A stretch of 64,000 bases of DNA from Candidatus Doudnabacteria bacterium (GTDB lineage: Bacteria; Patescibacteriota; Doudnabacteria; UBA920; O2-02-FULL-48-8): the NCBI GenBank assembly GCA_016199215.1, contig JACQHB010000009.1, forward strand, positions 4,905-68,904. Reading direction: 5' to 3'. This document shows, in pieces, positions 20,747 to 30,578 of the stretch; the stretch's first letter is position 1; each line of letters begins with the position of its first letter. The notes beneath the pieces are model-generated. The model saw only the letters and a list, made by a program, of their open reading frames with translations, ran no database searches and had not been told where the DNA came from. The translations under genes were made by a program, and so were the position numbers.

Positions 20747-21880
20747 ATGCAGGAACTAGTCCAACAAGTTATAGACAAGATTTCTACCGGTTCGAATTTC
20801 CTTATACTGCTGCCTCAACAGCCGGACGGAGATGGAATTGGGGCGGCTTTGGCCATGAGAGCTTTTTTGAAAAAAATGGAAAAAGAGGTTACTTTGGTGG
20901 CTCCGGGACTTGGGTTTGAACAGAAGTTTAATTTTCTGCCCGATTTCGGACAAATCCAGACCAACCTTTCAGTTACCAAGAATTTGGTGATCGATGTTTC
21001 AAACAAGCGAGTCCAGATCGAAGAGCTAAGCTATAAGAAGGAGCAGGACCGGCTTTCTATCTATATAAGACCTAAGGCAGGGCAACTGGAACCTTCTGAC
21101 GTTTCATTCCGGAGCTCTAATTTCCCTTTTGAGTATATTGTCTGTTTGGGCATAGCCTCACTTGACCAGTTGGGCGATTTTTATTCCAACAATACGGAAT
21201 TATTTTTTGAAACGCCAATTATTAATATTGACCACTCTGCCACAAATGATAATTATGGGCAGATAAATTTGGTTCGATTAAACTCAACCTCTAATTCTGA
21301 AATTGTTTTTGACTTGATTAATAATTACGAGGGCTCCCTGGTCGACCAAAACATGGCGACCCAATTGCTGACAGGGATCATTACAAAAACCAACAGCTTT
21401 CAGCACGCGCGAACCACTCCAGCCGCGTTTGTCAAAGCCTCCCAGCTGGTCAGCCTCGGAGGCGATCAGCAGGAAATCATCAAACAGCTTTACAAGACCA
21501 AGAGCCTGGGGCTTCTGAAATTATGGGGGCGCGTCCTGGCCCGATTGAAGTTGACTCCCCAGCTGAATCTGGCTTTGTCCGAGATTAATTCTTCGGATAT
21601 CGAAAAAGCCGGGGCTTCCTCAAATGACATCGAGGGGATCATAAAAGAGATGGCTTCAGAGCTTGGGATGGCTAAGATTTTCGCTTTTTTAATTGAAGAG
21701 AGTCCTAATTCAACAATGTGTTTTGTGGCTTCGGCAATTCCTTTGGACCTGGTTTCAGTATTCAAGGTTTTTCATCCAGAACCAAGCGTAAACGGAGTCA
21801 AGTTTAGGGTGAATGGAAACTTGGCTTTTTCTGAAATGCAATTGACCTCACTGCTTCAAGGAGAAACTGACAAAACGTGA
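20747..21880 (+). CDS. DHH-family phosphoesterase-like protein (motifs partly degenerate)
   Basis: PDGDGIGAALA, INIDHS and LLTGIITKTNSF. Confidence 0.75.
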   Translation: MQELVQQVIDKISTGSNFLILLPQQPDGDGIGAALAMRAFLKKMEKEVTLVAPGLGFEQKFNFLPDFGQIQTNLSVTKNLVIDVSNKRVQIEELSYKKEQDRLSIYIRPKAGQLEPSDVSFRSSNFPFEYIVCLGIASLDQLGDFYSNNTELFFETPIINIDHSATNDNYGQINLVRLNSTSNSEIVFDLINNYEGSLVDQNMATQLLTGIITKTNSFQHARTTPAAFVKASQLVSLGGDQQEIIKQLYKTKSLGLLKLWGRVLARLKLTPQLNLALSEINSSDIEKAGASSNDIEGIIKEMASELGMAKIFAFLIEESPNSTMCFVASAIPLDLVSVFKVFHPEPSVNGVKFRVNGNLAFSEMQLTSLLQGETDKT

Positions 21881-21904
21881 TATACTGTTGGAAGACAGTA
21901 TATT

Positions 21905-23545
21905 ATGCTGACACAAAACGAAAAAGAAACCAGGCTCAAACAGGTTTACCAGCAGCTTGACCGAAAATTTGAAGAAGAAGAAACTCAAAGAAAAGCCAAA
22001 CAGCAAAAAACCCCGTACATTAACTTGTTTGGATTTCCGATTGATTCCGCTGCCCTCGCTCTCCTGACAAAAGCTGAAGCCGAAAGCGCCGGAGCAGTGG
22101 TGTTTTTTAAGGAAGGCAGGAATTTAAAGCTGGGGGTTTTGGAAAAAAACCAGCAGGTCGAGGAAGTGATTAAGAAATTTTCTTCGGAAAGTTATTACGT
22201 CGAGGTTTATTTTATTTCCGAAAGCAGTTATAAGCGCGTCCTTGATTCATATTCAAAAATAGTTTCCACGGACAGGAAATCTCAAGAAATAGAAATCAAC
22301 CAGGCTGTCGAAAACGTCCAGGTTGAGTCCCTCAAGCAGCTGGGGTTGACGCTGGCCAAAACTTCGGCCACCCAGATGATAGACATGATTTTGGGTTCTG
22401 CCCTAAACCTTGACTCGTCCGACATCCATGTGGAGCCCGAAGCCGGAGGGATTAAATTGCGCTACCGAATTGACGGCGTGCTTGCGGACATCACGATTTT
22501 GCCAAAAGAGGCTCACCATCAACTGATTTCCCGGATCAAAATTTTATCCAAACTTAAATTGAACATTATTAAGGCTCCGCAGGACGGCAGCTTCAGCCTT
22601 ACTTATAACAGCCAGCCGGTTGACATTCGGGTTTCAGTCCTGCCCTCCGCCTTCGGCGAATCAGTGGTGATGCGCCTGCTGCGGCAGGACAAGGGAGGCC
22701 TGAAGTTTGAGGAACTGGGAATCGCGGACAACTCCGCTAAAAAATTGTTGGCACAGATGGAGAAGCCCAACGGCATGATTTTGACCACCGGCCCGACCGG
22801 CAGCGGCAAAACCACGACGCTTTACGCTATTTTGAACAAACTAAACGAGCCTGGCGTCAAGATCATAACCTTGGAGGACCCGGTCGAGTATAAGATCACC
22901 GGAATCACCCAGACGCCGGTTGATGCCAGGGCTGGATTGACCTTTGCCGCTGGATTACGGGCAATCTTAAGGCAAGATCCTGACGTGGTTATGGTTGGTG
23001 AAATGCGGGATTTGGAAACTGCGGAAATCGGTTGTCAGGCCGCGCTTACCGGGCATATTGTGCTTTCAACCTTGCACACAAATGACGCGGCTGGCGCAAT
23101 TCCGAGATTGCTTGATTTGGGAGTAAAATCCTTTGTGTTGGCGCCGGCGATTAACGCCGTGATCGCTCAAAGGCTTGTGAGGAAAATTTGTCCTGCCTGC
23201 AAAAAGGAAGCAACGTTAAGCCCCCAGCTTAGAGCGAGGGTCGAGATGATTATTTCCTCAATTCCCAAAAACAGCGGCGCGGTTGTGCCGAAAGAACTGA
23301 AATTCCACCACAGCGAGGGTTGTAAGGCCTGCAAGGGCTTGGGCTATAAAGGACGGATTGGGGTTTATGAGATTTTTACGATTAACGACGAAATTGAAAA
23401 ATTGATTTTGAAAGGCGTGACGCATACCGAGGTTCGCGCATCGGCCATTGCCGCGGGTATGGTAACCATGGCCCAGGACGGAATCCTGAAAGCCCTGGCC
23501 GGAATTACTGACGTGGAAGAAGTGTTTAGGGTCACTGAGGAATAA
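21905..23545 (+). CDS. GspE/PilB family type IV pilus assembly ATPase
   Basis: SDIHVEP, GPTGSGKTT, TLEDPVEY, LRQDPDVVMVGE, STLHTN and Zn-binding CxxC pairs. Confidence 0.93.
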   Translation: MLTQNEKETRLKQVYQQLDRKFEEEETQRKAKQQKTPYINLFGFPIDSAALALLTKAEAESAGAVVFFKEGRNLKLGVLEKNQQVEEVIKKFSSESYYVEVYFISESSYKRVLDSYSKIVSTDRKSQEIEINQAVENVQVESLKQLGLTLAKTSATQMIDMILGSALNLDSSDIHVEPEAGGIKLRYRIDGVLADITILPKEAHHQLISRIKILSKLKLNIIKAPQDGSFSLTYNSQPVDIRVSVLPSAFGESVVMRLLRQDKGGLKFEELGIADNSAKKLLAQMEKPNGMILTTGPTGSGKTTTLYAILNKLNEPGVKIITLEDPVEYKITGITQTPVDARAGLTFAAGLRAILRQDPDVVMVGEMRDLETAEIGCQAALTGHIVLSTLHTNDAAGAIPRLLDLGVKSFVLAPAINAVIAQRLVRKICPACKKEATLSPQLRARVEMIISSIPKNSGAVVPKELKFHHSEGCKACKGLGYKGRIGVYEIFTINDEIEKLILKGVTHTEVRASAIAAGMVTMAQDGILKALAGITDVEEVFRVTEE

Positions 23546-23565
23546 TAATTAACTAATAAAAAAAT

Positions 23566-24042
23566 ATGAACAAATTTTTAATTGGGTTTGTTGTTGTGGT
23601 TTTGGCCGGGCTTGGCGTCTTTTATGTCATGACCAAAAAGAGCGGGACGGCAGGCAATACATGGTCCGGGTCAGCTTCGCAACTTTTAACTTCCGGTAAA
23701 GCGCAGAAATGCACTTTTTCGGATTCGGGAGTGCAAGGCGTGGTTTATGTCGCTAATTCAAAAGTCCGCTCCGATTATGAGTCGGAGCAAAACGGTAAAT
23801 CGGTAAAATCTCATTCCATCATGGATGGCAATACGAATTATGTCTGGGTGGAGGGGCAGGACAAAGGCTTTAAAATCACCGCCCAATCTTCCACGCAAAT
23901 TCCAGGCATGGGTTCAACAGGGCCGGGAATCGATATGGAAAAGAAAATGAATTACTCCTGCTCATCTTGGTCAGCTGATAGTTCAAAATTCGTCCCTCCA
24001 GGAAGCGTTCAGTTTATGGACCTGTCTTCTCTGGGCAGATAG
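23566..24042 (+). CDS. Hypothetical membrane-anchored/exported protein
   Basis: N-terminal hydrophobic helix and two Cys. Confidence 0.7.
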   Translation: MNKFLIGFVVVVLAGLGVFYVMTKKSGTAGNTWSGSASQLLTSGKAQKCTFSDSGVQGVVYVANSKVRSDYESEQNGKSVKSHSIMDGNTNYVWVEGQDKGFKITAQSSTQIPGMGSTGPGIDMEKKMNYSCSSWSADSSKFVPPGSVQFMDLSSLGR

Positions 24043-24048
24043 TACGTT

Positions 24049-24912
24049 ATGCCTTTTTATGTTTTTGCTTGGATTGCCTCGATCTTTTATGGATTGGAAG
24101 TTATCTTAGGCAAGTTCATTAGCAAATATTCGATTAAGAACCCTTGGTTTTTTAATTTTGTTTGGAACTCGATCATTTTACTTGGTCTTGCCATTATTTC
24201 TTTAATAAAAGGCATTTCCTTGCCTGAAGCTTTTGGGAATTTGTTTTTAGCAGGATTTTTCTACGCGCTTGGCAGCATTTTTTACGTCCTAGCTTTATAC
24301 AGGCTGGATATTTCCGTCCTGACTCCTTTGTACAATTTTCGGACCGCCCTGGCGGTTATTTTGGGTGCGATTGTTTTAGGCGAAGTTTTATCTGCCCAAC
24401 AGTATATGCTTGTCGGAGTGGTTTTTGTCGCTGGGATTTTTGTCAGCCTCGATGAAAAATGGAGCATAAAATCATTTTTTAATCGTTCCGTAGCAGTCGC
24501 GTTAGCCGACATGGTTTTCTTGGCATTGATGGCATTATTTACAAACAAGGCTATTAATCAGTTGGATTTTTGGTCGGCAACTTTCTGGATAGCATTTATC
24601 GCTCAAATTTTGCTATTTGCGACCATCCCAATGTTTAGAAAAGAAATCTCTCAAGTTAAAAAAACTCAAATCTTAAGCCTTTCCGCAGTTGCTATTACGG
24701 GAGTTTTTGCAACCTTAGCAGTGAATAAGGCGTATGAATCAAACATCGGGATAACTTCAGTTATAATTTCCGTCCCAATCTCCATGTTTGCCGCTATATT
24801 ATTTTCTTTTTTTAAGCCTGACCTGCTGGAAAAGCATACTATAACAGTTTATGTTGTTAGATTGGTTGCGGCTAGCTTTATGGTCCTGGCAGCGCTGAAA
24901 TTAACCGCGTAA
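24049..24912 (+). CDS. EamA/DMT family transporter
   Basis: About 10 TM helices in two repeats, GAIVLGEVLS. Confidence 0.8.
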   Translation: MPFYVFAWIASIFYGLEVILGKFISKYSIKNPWFFNFVWNSIILLGLAIISLIKGISLPEAFGNLFLAGFFYALGSIFYVLALYRLDISVLTPLYNFRTALAVILGAIVLGEVLSAQQYMLVGVVFVAGIFVSLDEKWSIKSFFNRSVAVALADMVFLALMALFTNKAINQLDFWSATFWIAFIAQILLFATIPMFRKEISQVKKTQILSLSAVAITGVFATLAVNKAYESNIGITSVIISVPISMFAAILFSFFKPDLLEKHTITVYVVRLVAASFMVLAALKLTA

Positions 24913-24973
24913 CCTGTTGGTTGTTTATTCCGCATGATGCGACAGCCAAGCGGTTTTTTGTTATCCTATAAAC

Positions 24974-27256
24974 ATGGAATTCAAGCAAAAATTATTGTTA
25001 ATCGACGGGCACGCGCTGTTTCATCGGGCTTTCCACGCCCTGCCTGCCATGTCCAACAACGAGGGGTTCCCCACTGGAGCGATTTTTGGATTTTTCTCAA
25101 TGTTGTTTAAGGCCTTGGCGGATATAAAACCTACTCATGCTTTGGTTTGCTTTGATGTCCCGGGTGCAACTTTCCGCGACAAGCTAGCCGCTGATTATAA
25201 GGCCACCAGAAAAGCCGCTCCTGACGAACTAACAATGCAGTTGCCGAAAGTCAAAGAGATTCTAGGGGCTTTGGAAATTCCGGTTTATGAAAAACCAGGG
25301 TACGAGGCGGATGACCTGCTTGGGATTATTTCTCATAAAACTCCGAAAGACGTCCTAAACATCATTGTCACCGGGGATTTGGATTTGCTTCAGCTGATCA
25401 ACAACCGCACGCATGTGTATCGATTTAAGATCGGATTTTCTGATATTCAGGTTTTTGATATTGATAAGATGATGGAAGTTTATGGCTTGCATCCTCTCCA
25501 GTGGGTAGATTATAAGGCGATTCGCGGTGATGCTTCGGACAACATTCCGGGTGTGCCGGGAATCGGCGAAAAGGGCGCAATGGATTTGATTAAGCAATTT
25601 GGATCACTGGAGGGAGTATATGAAGCAGTAGGAAGAGGAAGTGATAAGATTAAACCCGGGACGATGAAAAAATTAATAGAGGGGAAAACCAAGGCGTATC
25701 TTTCTTATGATTTAGCAAGAATTGATCAAAAAAATAATTTGGATTTCGATTTTGAAAAAACCAAGCTTGGAGATTATGACCAGAATAAAGTAGCGGATAT
25801 TTTTCAAAGACTTGGAATAAGAGCCTTAATTTCGAGGATGCCCCCGTCTTCCCAAAAACTCACAGCCGCCATTCCCAAACAGACTGAACAAAAATCGAAT
25901 GAGTTAATAAAAACAAAAAAACAGGCTTTGCTCGCGGCTTATCTGTTGAACCCGGGATTGAGGGATTATGAGACCGCAGATTGGGGGAATCTGGCAAAAC
26001 AATTGCAAGAACAGGGACTGTCAAAAATTTATCAAGAGATTGAGGTTCCCCTGATTGAAGTGCTTGAACGAATGGAAAAAAGAGGGGTAAAACTGGATCT
26101 TGACTGGCTTAATGACTTGTCAGTCCGGCTAGACAGCCGGATTAAACAGCTAATAGTCCAGATTCAGGGATTAGCTGGTGAAGAATTTAATATATCCTCT
26201 CCTTTGCAACTGCGCCAAATTTTGTTTGAAAAATTGCGGATCCCGGTTGAGAGTTTAAAAAAGACCAAAAAAACCAAAGCTTTATCAACAGGGGCGGCGG
26301 AATTGGAAAAACTCCGGGGCTTGCATCCAATCGTTGACTTGATTTTTGAATACCGCGAACTGACCAAACTCAAGTCCACTTATGTGGACGCCCTGCCCCT
26401 TTTGGTTTCAAAAAAAGACAGCCGCCTCCATACCAATTACAGCCAAACGGTAGCCGCCACAGGCAGGCTTTCTTCAGCCAATCCCAATTTGCAGAATATT
26501 CCCATACGAACTGACTTGGGAAACGAAGTGCGCAAGGCGTTTGTGGCCGAAAAAGGGAAACTGCTTTTGTCGTTGGACTATTCCCAGATAGAATTACGCA
26601 TCGCGGCTTCGCTGTCAGGTGACCCTGAAATGATCAGGATTTTTAGCAACGGAGTCGATTTCCATACTGCCACCGCGGCCCGGATTTTCAATGTTAAAGA
26701 ACCAGAAGTCACCCCGAGGCAAAGAAGGGACGCAAAGACAATAAACTTCAGCGTGCTTTATGGAGTTTCCGCTTTTGGTTTGTCGGAACGCTCCAATATG
26801 TCGAGGGCCGAGGCCGGGGACCATATCAAAAAATATTATGAAGTTTTTGCAAAGCTCAAAGAATATATTGACGGAGTAATCCAGCAGGCGCACAAGGACG
26901 GATTTGTCAAAAATCCCTTGGGCCGGATCAGATACTTTCCGGATGTTCATTCTCCCAACTGGGGATTGCGGTCTGCCGCTGAGCGGGCCGCGGTGAACAT
27001 GCCAATCCAATCCCTGGCCGCGGATATTTTGAAGATGAGCATGATCGAAATCGACCAAAAGTACAAAGACGATAAGGATCTGGACATGATTCTTACTGTC
27101 CATGATGAATTGGTGTTCGAAGTTAAAAAAGACAAAGAGACGGTTTACGCGCTAGAGCTGAAAAATATTATGGAGTCGGTTTACAAGCTCGAAGTGCCGC
27201 TTGTTTCAGAAGCGAAGATCGGACAGAATTGGTCTGAGATGGAAAAGCTTTTTTAA
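24974..27256 (+). CDS. polA: DNA polymerase I (5'-3' exonuclease and polymerase; proofreading domain largely absent)
   Basis: LIDGH, YEADD, GDASDNIPGV, TGRLSS, DYSQIELR and VHDEL; only 760 aa. Confidence 0.95.
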   Translation: MEFKQKLLLIDGHALFHRAFHALPAMSNNEGFPTGAIFGFFSMLFKALADIKPTHALVCFDVPGATFRDKLAADYKATRKAAPDELTMQLPKVKEILGALEIPVYEKPGYEADDLLGIISHKTPKDVLNIIVTGDLDLLQLINNRTHVYRFKIGFSDIQVFDIDKMMEVYGLHPLQWVDYKAIRGDASDNIPGVPGIGEKGAMDLIKQFGSLEGVYEAVGRGSDKIKPGTMKKLIEGKTKAYLSYDLARIDQKNNLDFDFEKTKLGDYDQNKVADIFQRLGIRALISRMPPSSQKLTAAIPKQTEQKSNELIKTKKQALLAAYLLNPGLRDYETADWGNLAKQLQEQGLSKIYQEIEVPLIEVLERMEKRGVKLDLDWLNDLSVRLDSRIKQLIVQIQGLAGEEFNISSPLQLRQILFEKLRIPVESLKKTKKTKALSTGAAELEKLRGLHPIVDLIFEYRELTKLKSTYVDALPLLVSKKDSRLHTNYSQTVAATGRLSSANPNLQNIPIRTDLGNEVRKAFVAEKGKLLLSLDYSQIELRIAASLSGDPEMIRIFSNGVDFHTATAARIFNVKEPEVTPRQRRDAKTINFSVLYGVSAFGLSERSNMSRAEAGDHIKKYYEVFAKLKEYIDGVIQQAHKDGFVKNPLGRIRYFPDVHSPNWGLRSAAERAAVNMPIQSLAADILKMSMIEIDQKYKDDKDLDMILTVHDELVFEVKKDKETVYALELKNIMESVYKLEVPLVSEAKIGQNWSEMEKLF

Positions 27257-27295
27257 CCAATAGCAATTTTTTTTCCGGCCAATTAGCATGGATGA

Positions 27296-28558
27296 ATGGA
27301 GATAAGAAGTAGAACCTCTTGGAAGGACCAACTTAAAGAAAATTTGTTTCCTAAACTAGAGCAAGATTTAACCGCTGACGTTGTTATTATTGGCGGGGGA
27401 TTAGCTGGAATTATCTCCGGCTATTTTTTGGTTTTGGAAGGGAAAAGAGTGGTTTTGCTTGAGGAAAGAAAGGCTCTGGGATCGTTTGCAACCGGGCACA
27501 CGACAGCTTTTTTGACAGGGGTGATTGATACTAATCTTGTAACTTTAGCGGAAATGTTTGGAGAAGAAAGAGCGGCAAAAGTTTGGCAATCGGGGCTTGC
27601 ATCCATAGATGAATTTGAAAGGATTATAGAAAAGGAAAAAATTGATTGCGAGTTTATGCGCTGCCCTTATTTTGATTATGCAAATAACCCCAAACAGTTT
27701 TCAAGTCTTGAAAAGGAACACGAAATTGCGTCAAAGCTGGGTTTTCAAACCTCTCTTAGCAGGACTAATGATTTAAGTTTTCCTAATTTTGGTTATTTAA
27801 AAATGGAGGAGCAGGCAAAGTTTGATCCGCTCAAGTTTTTAAACCAGCTGGCAAACAAAGCAAAAAATTTGGGACTGAAGATTTTTGCCGATTCAGAAGT
27901 GATTGGAATTGACCGAGGCCGCCTAATTACCGCAAAGACTCAAAACGGAAGCGTTAAGGCAGAAAAATTAATTGTTGCCACATACCAGCCATTTGATAAC
28001 CGAGGCACCTGGTTTAAAAAAGGAATGTATCGCAGTTATGTGTTTGAAATCAACTTGGCTCCCGGTCAGATTGCGGAAGGCCTATACGTGGATGGCGATA
28101 ACCCTTACCACTACTTCCGGATTGATAGATTGGGCGAATATGACAGGATGATTATTGGGGGCGAGGACCATCGGAAAGAATTTAAAACTGACAGAATGAA
28201 ACAAAAATCTTTTCGGCTTCTTTCCGATTACGCCAAAAATATTTTAAGAGGCAAAACCCACGAATTTGTGCGTAAATGGGATGGTCCGATTTTGGAGCCA
28301 ATAGACGGGGTTGCTTTAATCGGCTCGGTTGAACCTAATGAATTTGTTGCTACTGGTTTTTCTGGCAACGGCATGACTTACTCTATGATCTCCGGACTTA
28401 TTTTCTGCGACCTTGTTTTGAATAGGGAAAATCCTTGGGTAGAATTATATAATCCCAAAAGAATCCCAGGATTCTCCCAACTTGCAAAAAAGGGCAGGGA
28501 TTATTTAGGAGAATTTTTTGGAGGCCCCTTGTTCAGAAGCCCAAAACCTGCGTATTAA
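27296..28558 (+). CDS. FAD-dependent oxidoreductase (DAO family)
   Basis: DVVIIGGGLAG and ATGFSGNGMT motifs. Confidence 0.85.
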   Translation: MEIRSRTSWKDQLKENLFPKLEQDLTADVVIIGGGLAGIISGYFLVLEGKRVVLLEERKALGSFATGHTTAFLTGVIDTNLVTLAEMFGEERAAKVWQSGLASIDEFERIIEKEKIDCEFMRCPYFDYANNPKQFSSLEKEHEIASKLGFQTSLSRTNDLSFPNFGYLKMEEQAKFDPLKFLNQLANKAKNLGLKIFADSEVIGIDRGRLITAKTQNGSVKAEKLIVATYQPFDNRGTWFKKGMYRSYVFEINLAPGQIAEGLYVDGDNPYHYFRIDRLGEYDRMIIGGEDHRKEFKTDRMKQKSFRLLSDYAKNILRGKTHEFVRKWDGPILEPIDGVALIGSVEPNEFVATGFSGNGMTYSMISGLIFCDLVLNRENPWVELYNPKRIPGFSQLAKKGRDYLGEFFGGPLFRSPKPAY

Positions 28559-28559
28559 A

Positions 28560-28583
28560 AAATCCCGCTACTAAGCGGGATTT
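28560..28583. terminator. Bidirectional terminator between the oxidoreductase and rpsT
   Basis: aaatcccgct-acta-agcgggattt. Confidence 0.75.
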
Positions 28584-28589
28584 ATATTA

Positions 28590-28850
28590 TTATTTTTTAG
28601 AAACCAGTTTAGTCAATCTGGCCTTTAATCTCGAGGCCTTATTTTTATGAATCACATTCTTTTTGGCCGCTTTATCAAGGGCAGAGAAAGCTTGGTTTAA
28701 GGCTTTTTTTGCATCCTCGATTTTGCCAGAGGTTGCCAGTTTTTTTACCTGCTTGGTGGTTTTTTTTATCTTTTCGAGGACCGCAAGGTTTACTACTCTG
28801 CGCTTTAAACTTTGTCGTGCAGCTTTGATTGCGGATTTAGTATTTGGCAT
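28590..28850 (-). CDS. rpsT: 30S ribosomal protein S20
   Basis: MPNTKSAIK and LDKAAKKNVIHKNKASRLK. Confidence 0.96.
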   Translation of the reverse strand: MPNTKSAIKAARQSLKRRVVNLAVLEKIKKTTKQVKKLATSGKIEDAKKALNQAFSALDKAAKKNVIHKNKASRLKARLTKLVSKK

Positions 28851-28938
28851 ATGGGAGTAAAAAGTAAAAGGTTAAAAGTTAAAAGATATTGACCAGAGCG
28901 ACACTTTGCCTGATCAGCCTAAAGATAATACCACGACC

Positions 28939-28967
28939 TTGACAAATGGTCAAAAAGGGAGTATATT
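28939..28967 (+). promoter_or_regulatory. Sigma70-type promoter of the DGR target gene
   Basis: TTGACA-17 nt-TATATT; SD aggagga at 29034-29040. Confidence 0.7.
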
Positions 28968-29047
28968 ATATGGTCAAAATGAGAAGGTAGATTATCTCAT
29001 TTACCGAAGTCTGGCGGTTTCCAGGCTAACACCAGGAGGATGCGCCG

Positions 29048-29662
29048 ATGGCCAAAGCCATTGCCCCGTCCGTGTCAGTGGAACAGTCCGAATCGAAGAT
29101 CGCTGGTTTGCTCGATCAGCTCAAGGCGGTCATTCGTCACTCAGGTCTCAACGACGACCAGCTTCAGGCGATTCGCGACAGCGGCCGACTGCCGGTTGAT
29201 TTCGAACCGGTGTTTGCCAAACTCGCAGCCGTGGTCTGCAATGCGATCCGGCTGACGATCTCGACCGTGAAGGCCTTCGAGAAGCCGAGCTGGATGAAGC
29301 GTCTCGTTCGCGGCAACGACCCAGTCACGCCTGGCATCTACGAGTACACCTTCGAAGGATTCCTTCGCGAAGGTGAAGAGTCGGTCAAGGGCGATGAGAT
29401 GGTCGCTCGAGCCAAGGCGTCAGGTGCTTACTCGGGATTGCAGCACGCGCTGTACTTCCTGGACAACCAGCACCTCATTCCGGAGGAGTTCAGGGACAAG
29501 AAATACTTGATCTTTGCCGACACAGAGGCGCTCAACTCCAACGACCGCAGCGATGTGGCCTGCCTCGCGTGGGGCGGCCTCCAGTGGATTCTGTACTGGC
29601 GCTTGCTTGTGGATGACTTTAACCGGAACGATCTGCTCGTTCGCGCCCGCAAGGTCCAGTAG
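29048..29662 (+). CDS. DGR target protein with C-terminal variable region (probable CLec-like fold)
   Basis: Last ~42 codons are the VR; has an SD site and promoter; no signal peptide. Confidence 0.9.
   Translation: MAKAIAPSVSVEQSESKIAGLLDQLKAVIRHSGLNDDQLQAIRDSGRLPVDFEPVFAKLAAVVCNAIRLTISTVKAFEKPSWMKRLVRGNDPVTPGIYEYTFEGFLREGEESVKGDEMVARAKASGAYSGLQHALYFLDNQHLIPEEFRDKKYLIFADTEALNSNDRSDVACLAWGGLQWILYWRLLVDDFNRNDLLVRARKVQ
29527..29652 (+). repeat. DGR variable repeat (VR)
   Basis: Ungapped 126-bp match to 30029-30154 with 16 mismatches, 15 of them at TR adenines. Confidence 0.95.
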
Positions 29663-29675
29663 TCCTCGGCACCTT

Positions 29676-29781
29676 GGGTCCTTTGTTCTTGGACCCTTGG
29701 GTTCTTGGGAGCCTCACGATTTCGATTCAATTCGATTCGTGGGCTCCTTTTCATTTCCGCCTTCGTCAAGACTTCGGCGGA
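29676..29781. promoter_or_regulatory. Hairpin cluster downstream of VR (candidate retrohoming cis-element)
   Basis: gggtcc/ggaccc (29676-29696), ggagcc(t)cacga/tcgtgggctcc (29708-29747) and tccgcc/ggcgga (29756-29781). Confidence 0.6.
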
Positions 29782-30028
29782 CAGGTTGCTAATATGATAA
29801 AATTACTTTAGATAAATTTGAAAATATCTGCGAGTATTGCTTTCAGATTGTTTATCTCGCACTGTCAGAATGCCAGAGTGTCTTAAGTTTACTTAAGATA
29901 GAGTGCTATCTGACAAGAAGATTCCATAGGAACTTGGTGTATGGTATTAGAGGATTTGCAGGATCCCGAATTAAATACAGCCTTAAGAGTATTCGAGAGG
30001 TGGTGTTAACGGATGATACTGTGCACAT

Positions 30029-30154
30029 GGCGCTCAACTCCAACGACAACAGCAATGTGGCCTACCTCAAGTGGGACGGCAACCAGTGGATTCTGAACTG
30101 GAACTGGCTTGAGAATGACTTTAACCGGAACGATCTGCTCGTTCGCGCCCGAAA
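30029..30154 (+). ncRNA. DGR template repeat (TR)
   Basis: Copy of VR rich in AAC/AAT codons that retains the adenines, located upstream of avd/RT. Confidence 0.93.
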
Positions 30155-30169
30155 CTTCCGTGGATACAA

Positions 30170-30197
30170 AAACTCCTCCCTTAATTGGGAGGAGTTT
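30170..30197. terminator. Hairpin at the TR 3' side / avd 3' end
   Basis: aaactcctccc-ttaatt-gggaggagttt. Confidence 0.65.
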
Positions 30198-30577
30198 GTT
30201 TGCCGATTTGTTTTTGCCAGCCACCAAGTTGCCGGCCGACTTCGCCTATAACAACTGTCAATTCGGATAAAGTTTTGTCATCAACCGTTTTTAATTCAAT
30301 AGCTGTTTGAAGAAAGTATTTCAGCAAATCTAATTTAATACTCGCTTTTTTGAGAATTATTGATTTTTGTTCCTTTTCAGAATAGCCTGCTATCAAAATC
30401 AATTCTGTAAGCTCGATAAATAAATTTGTTATTTTTTCCCCTAAAGAATAACGAATAAGTCTTGGAATGCGTGGCAGATGGTTAATCCAGATTTTGAATG
30501 CTATCGACAATTTCTGAATTATGGGCAGATTTAAAGTGTCGAAATTTCCGTTGGGGGGGGGGCGTATTAAATGTCAT
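30181..30577 (-). CDS. avd: DGR accessory variability determinant Avd (four-helix bundle); ATG at 30577 is out of frame because of a G10 tract, in-frame TTG at 30510
   Basis: IRYSLGEKI, LDLLKYFL and EVGRQLGGW Avd-type motifs; the frame continues upstream as NLPIIQKL. Confidence 0.85.
30553..30562. repeat. G10 homopolymer (C10 on the avd strand)
   Basis: Ten consecutive G, five codons after the avd ATG. Confidence 0.9.
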
Positions 30578-30578
30578 T

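Noticed and set aside
28906-29792. Overlapping alternative ORFs around the DGR target (28906, 29040, 29428, 29514)
   Set aside because: Shadow frames in GC-rich DNA; only the 29048 frame has a well-spaced SD and puts the VR changes at codon positions 1-2.
29934-30251. 105-aa ORF resembling the DGR target C-terminus
   Set aside because: It is the translation of TR, which is open in the VR frame by design. It has a TTG start and overlaps avd in antisense, so it is treated as non-coding template.
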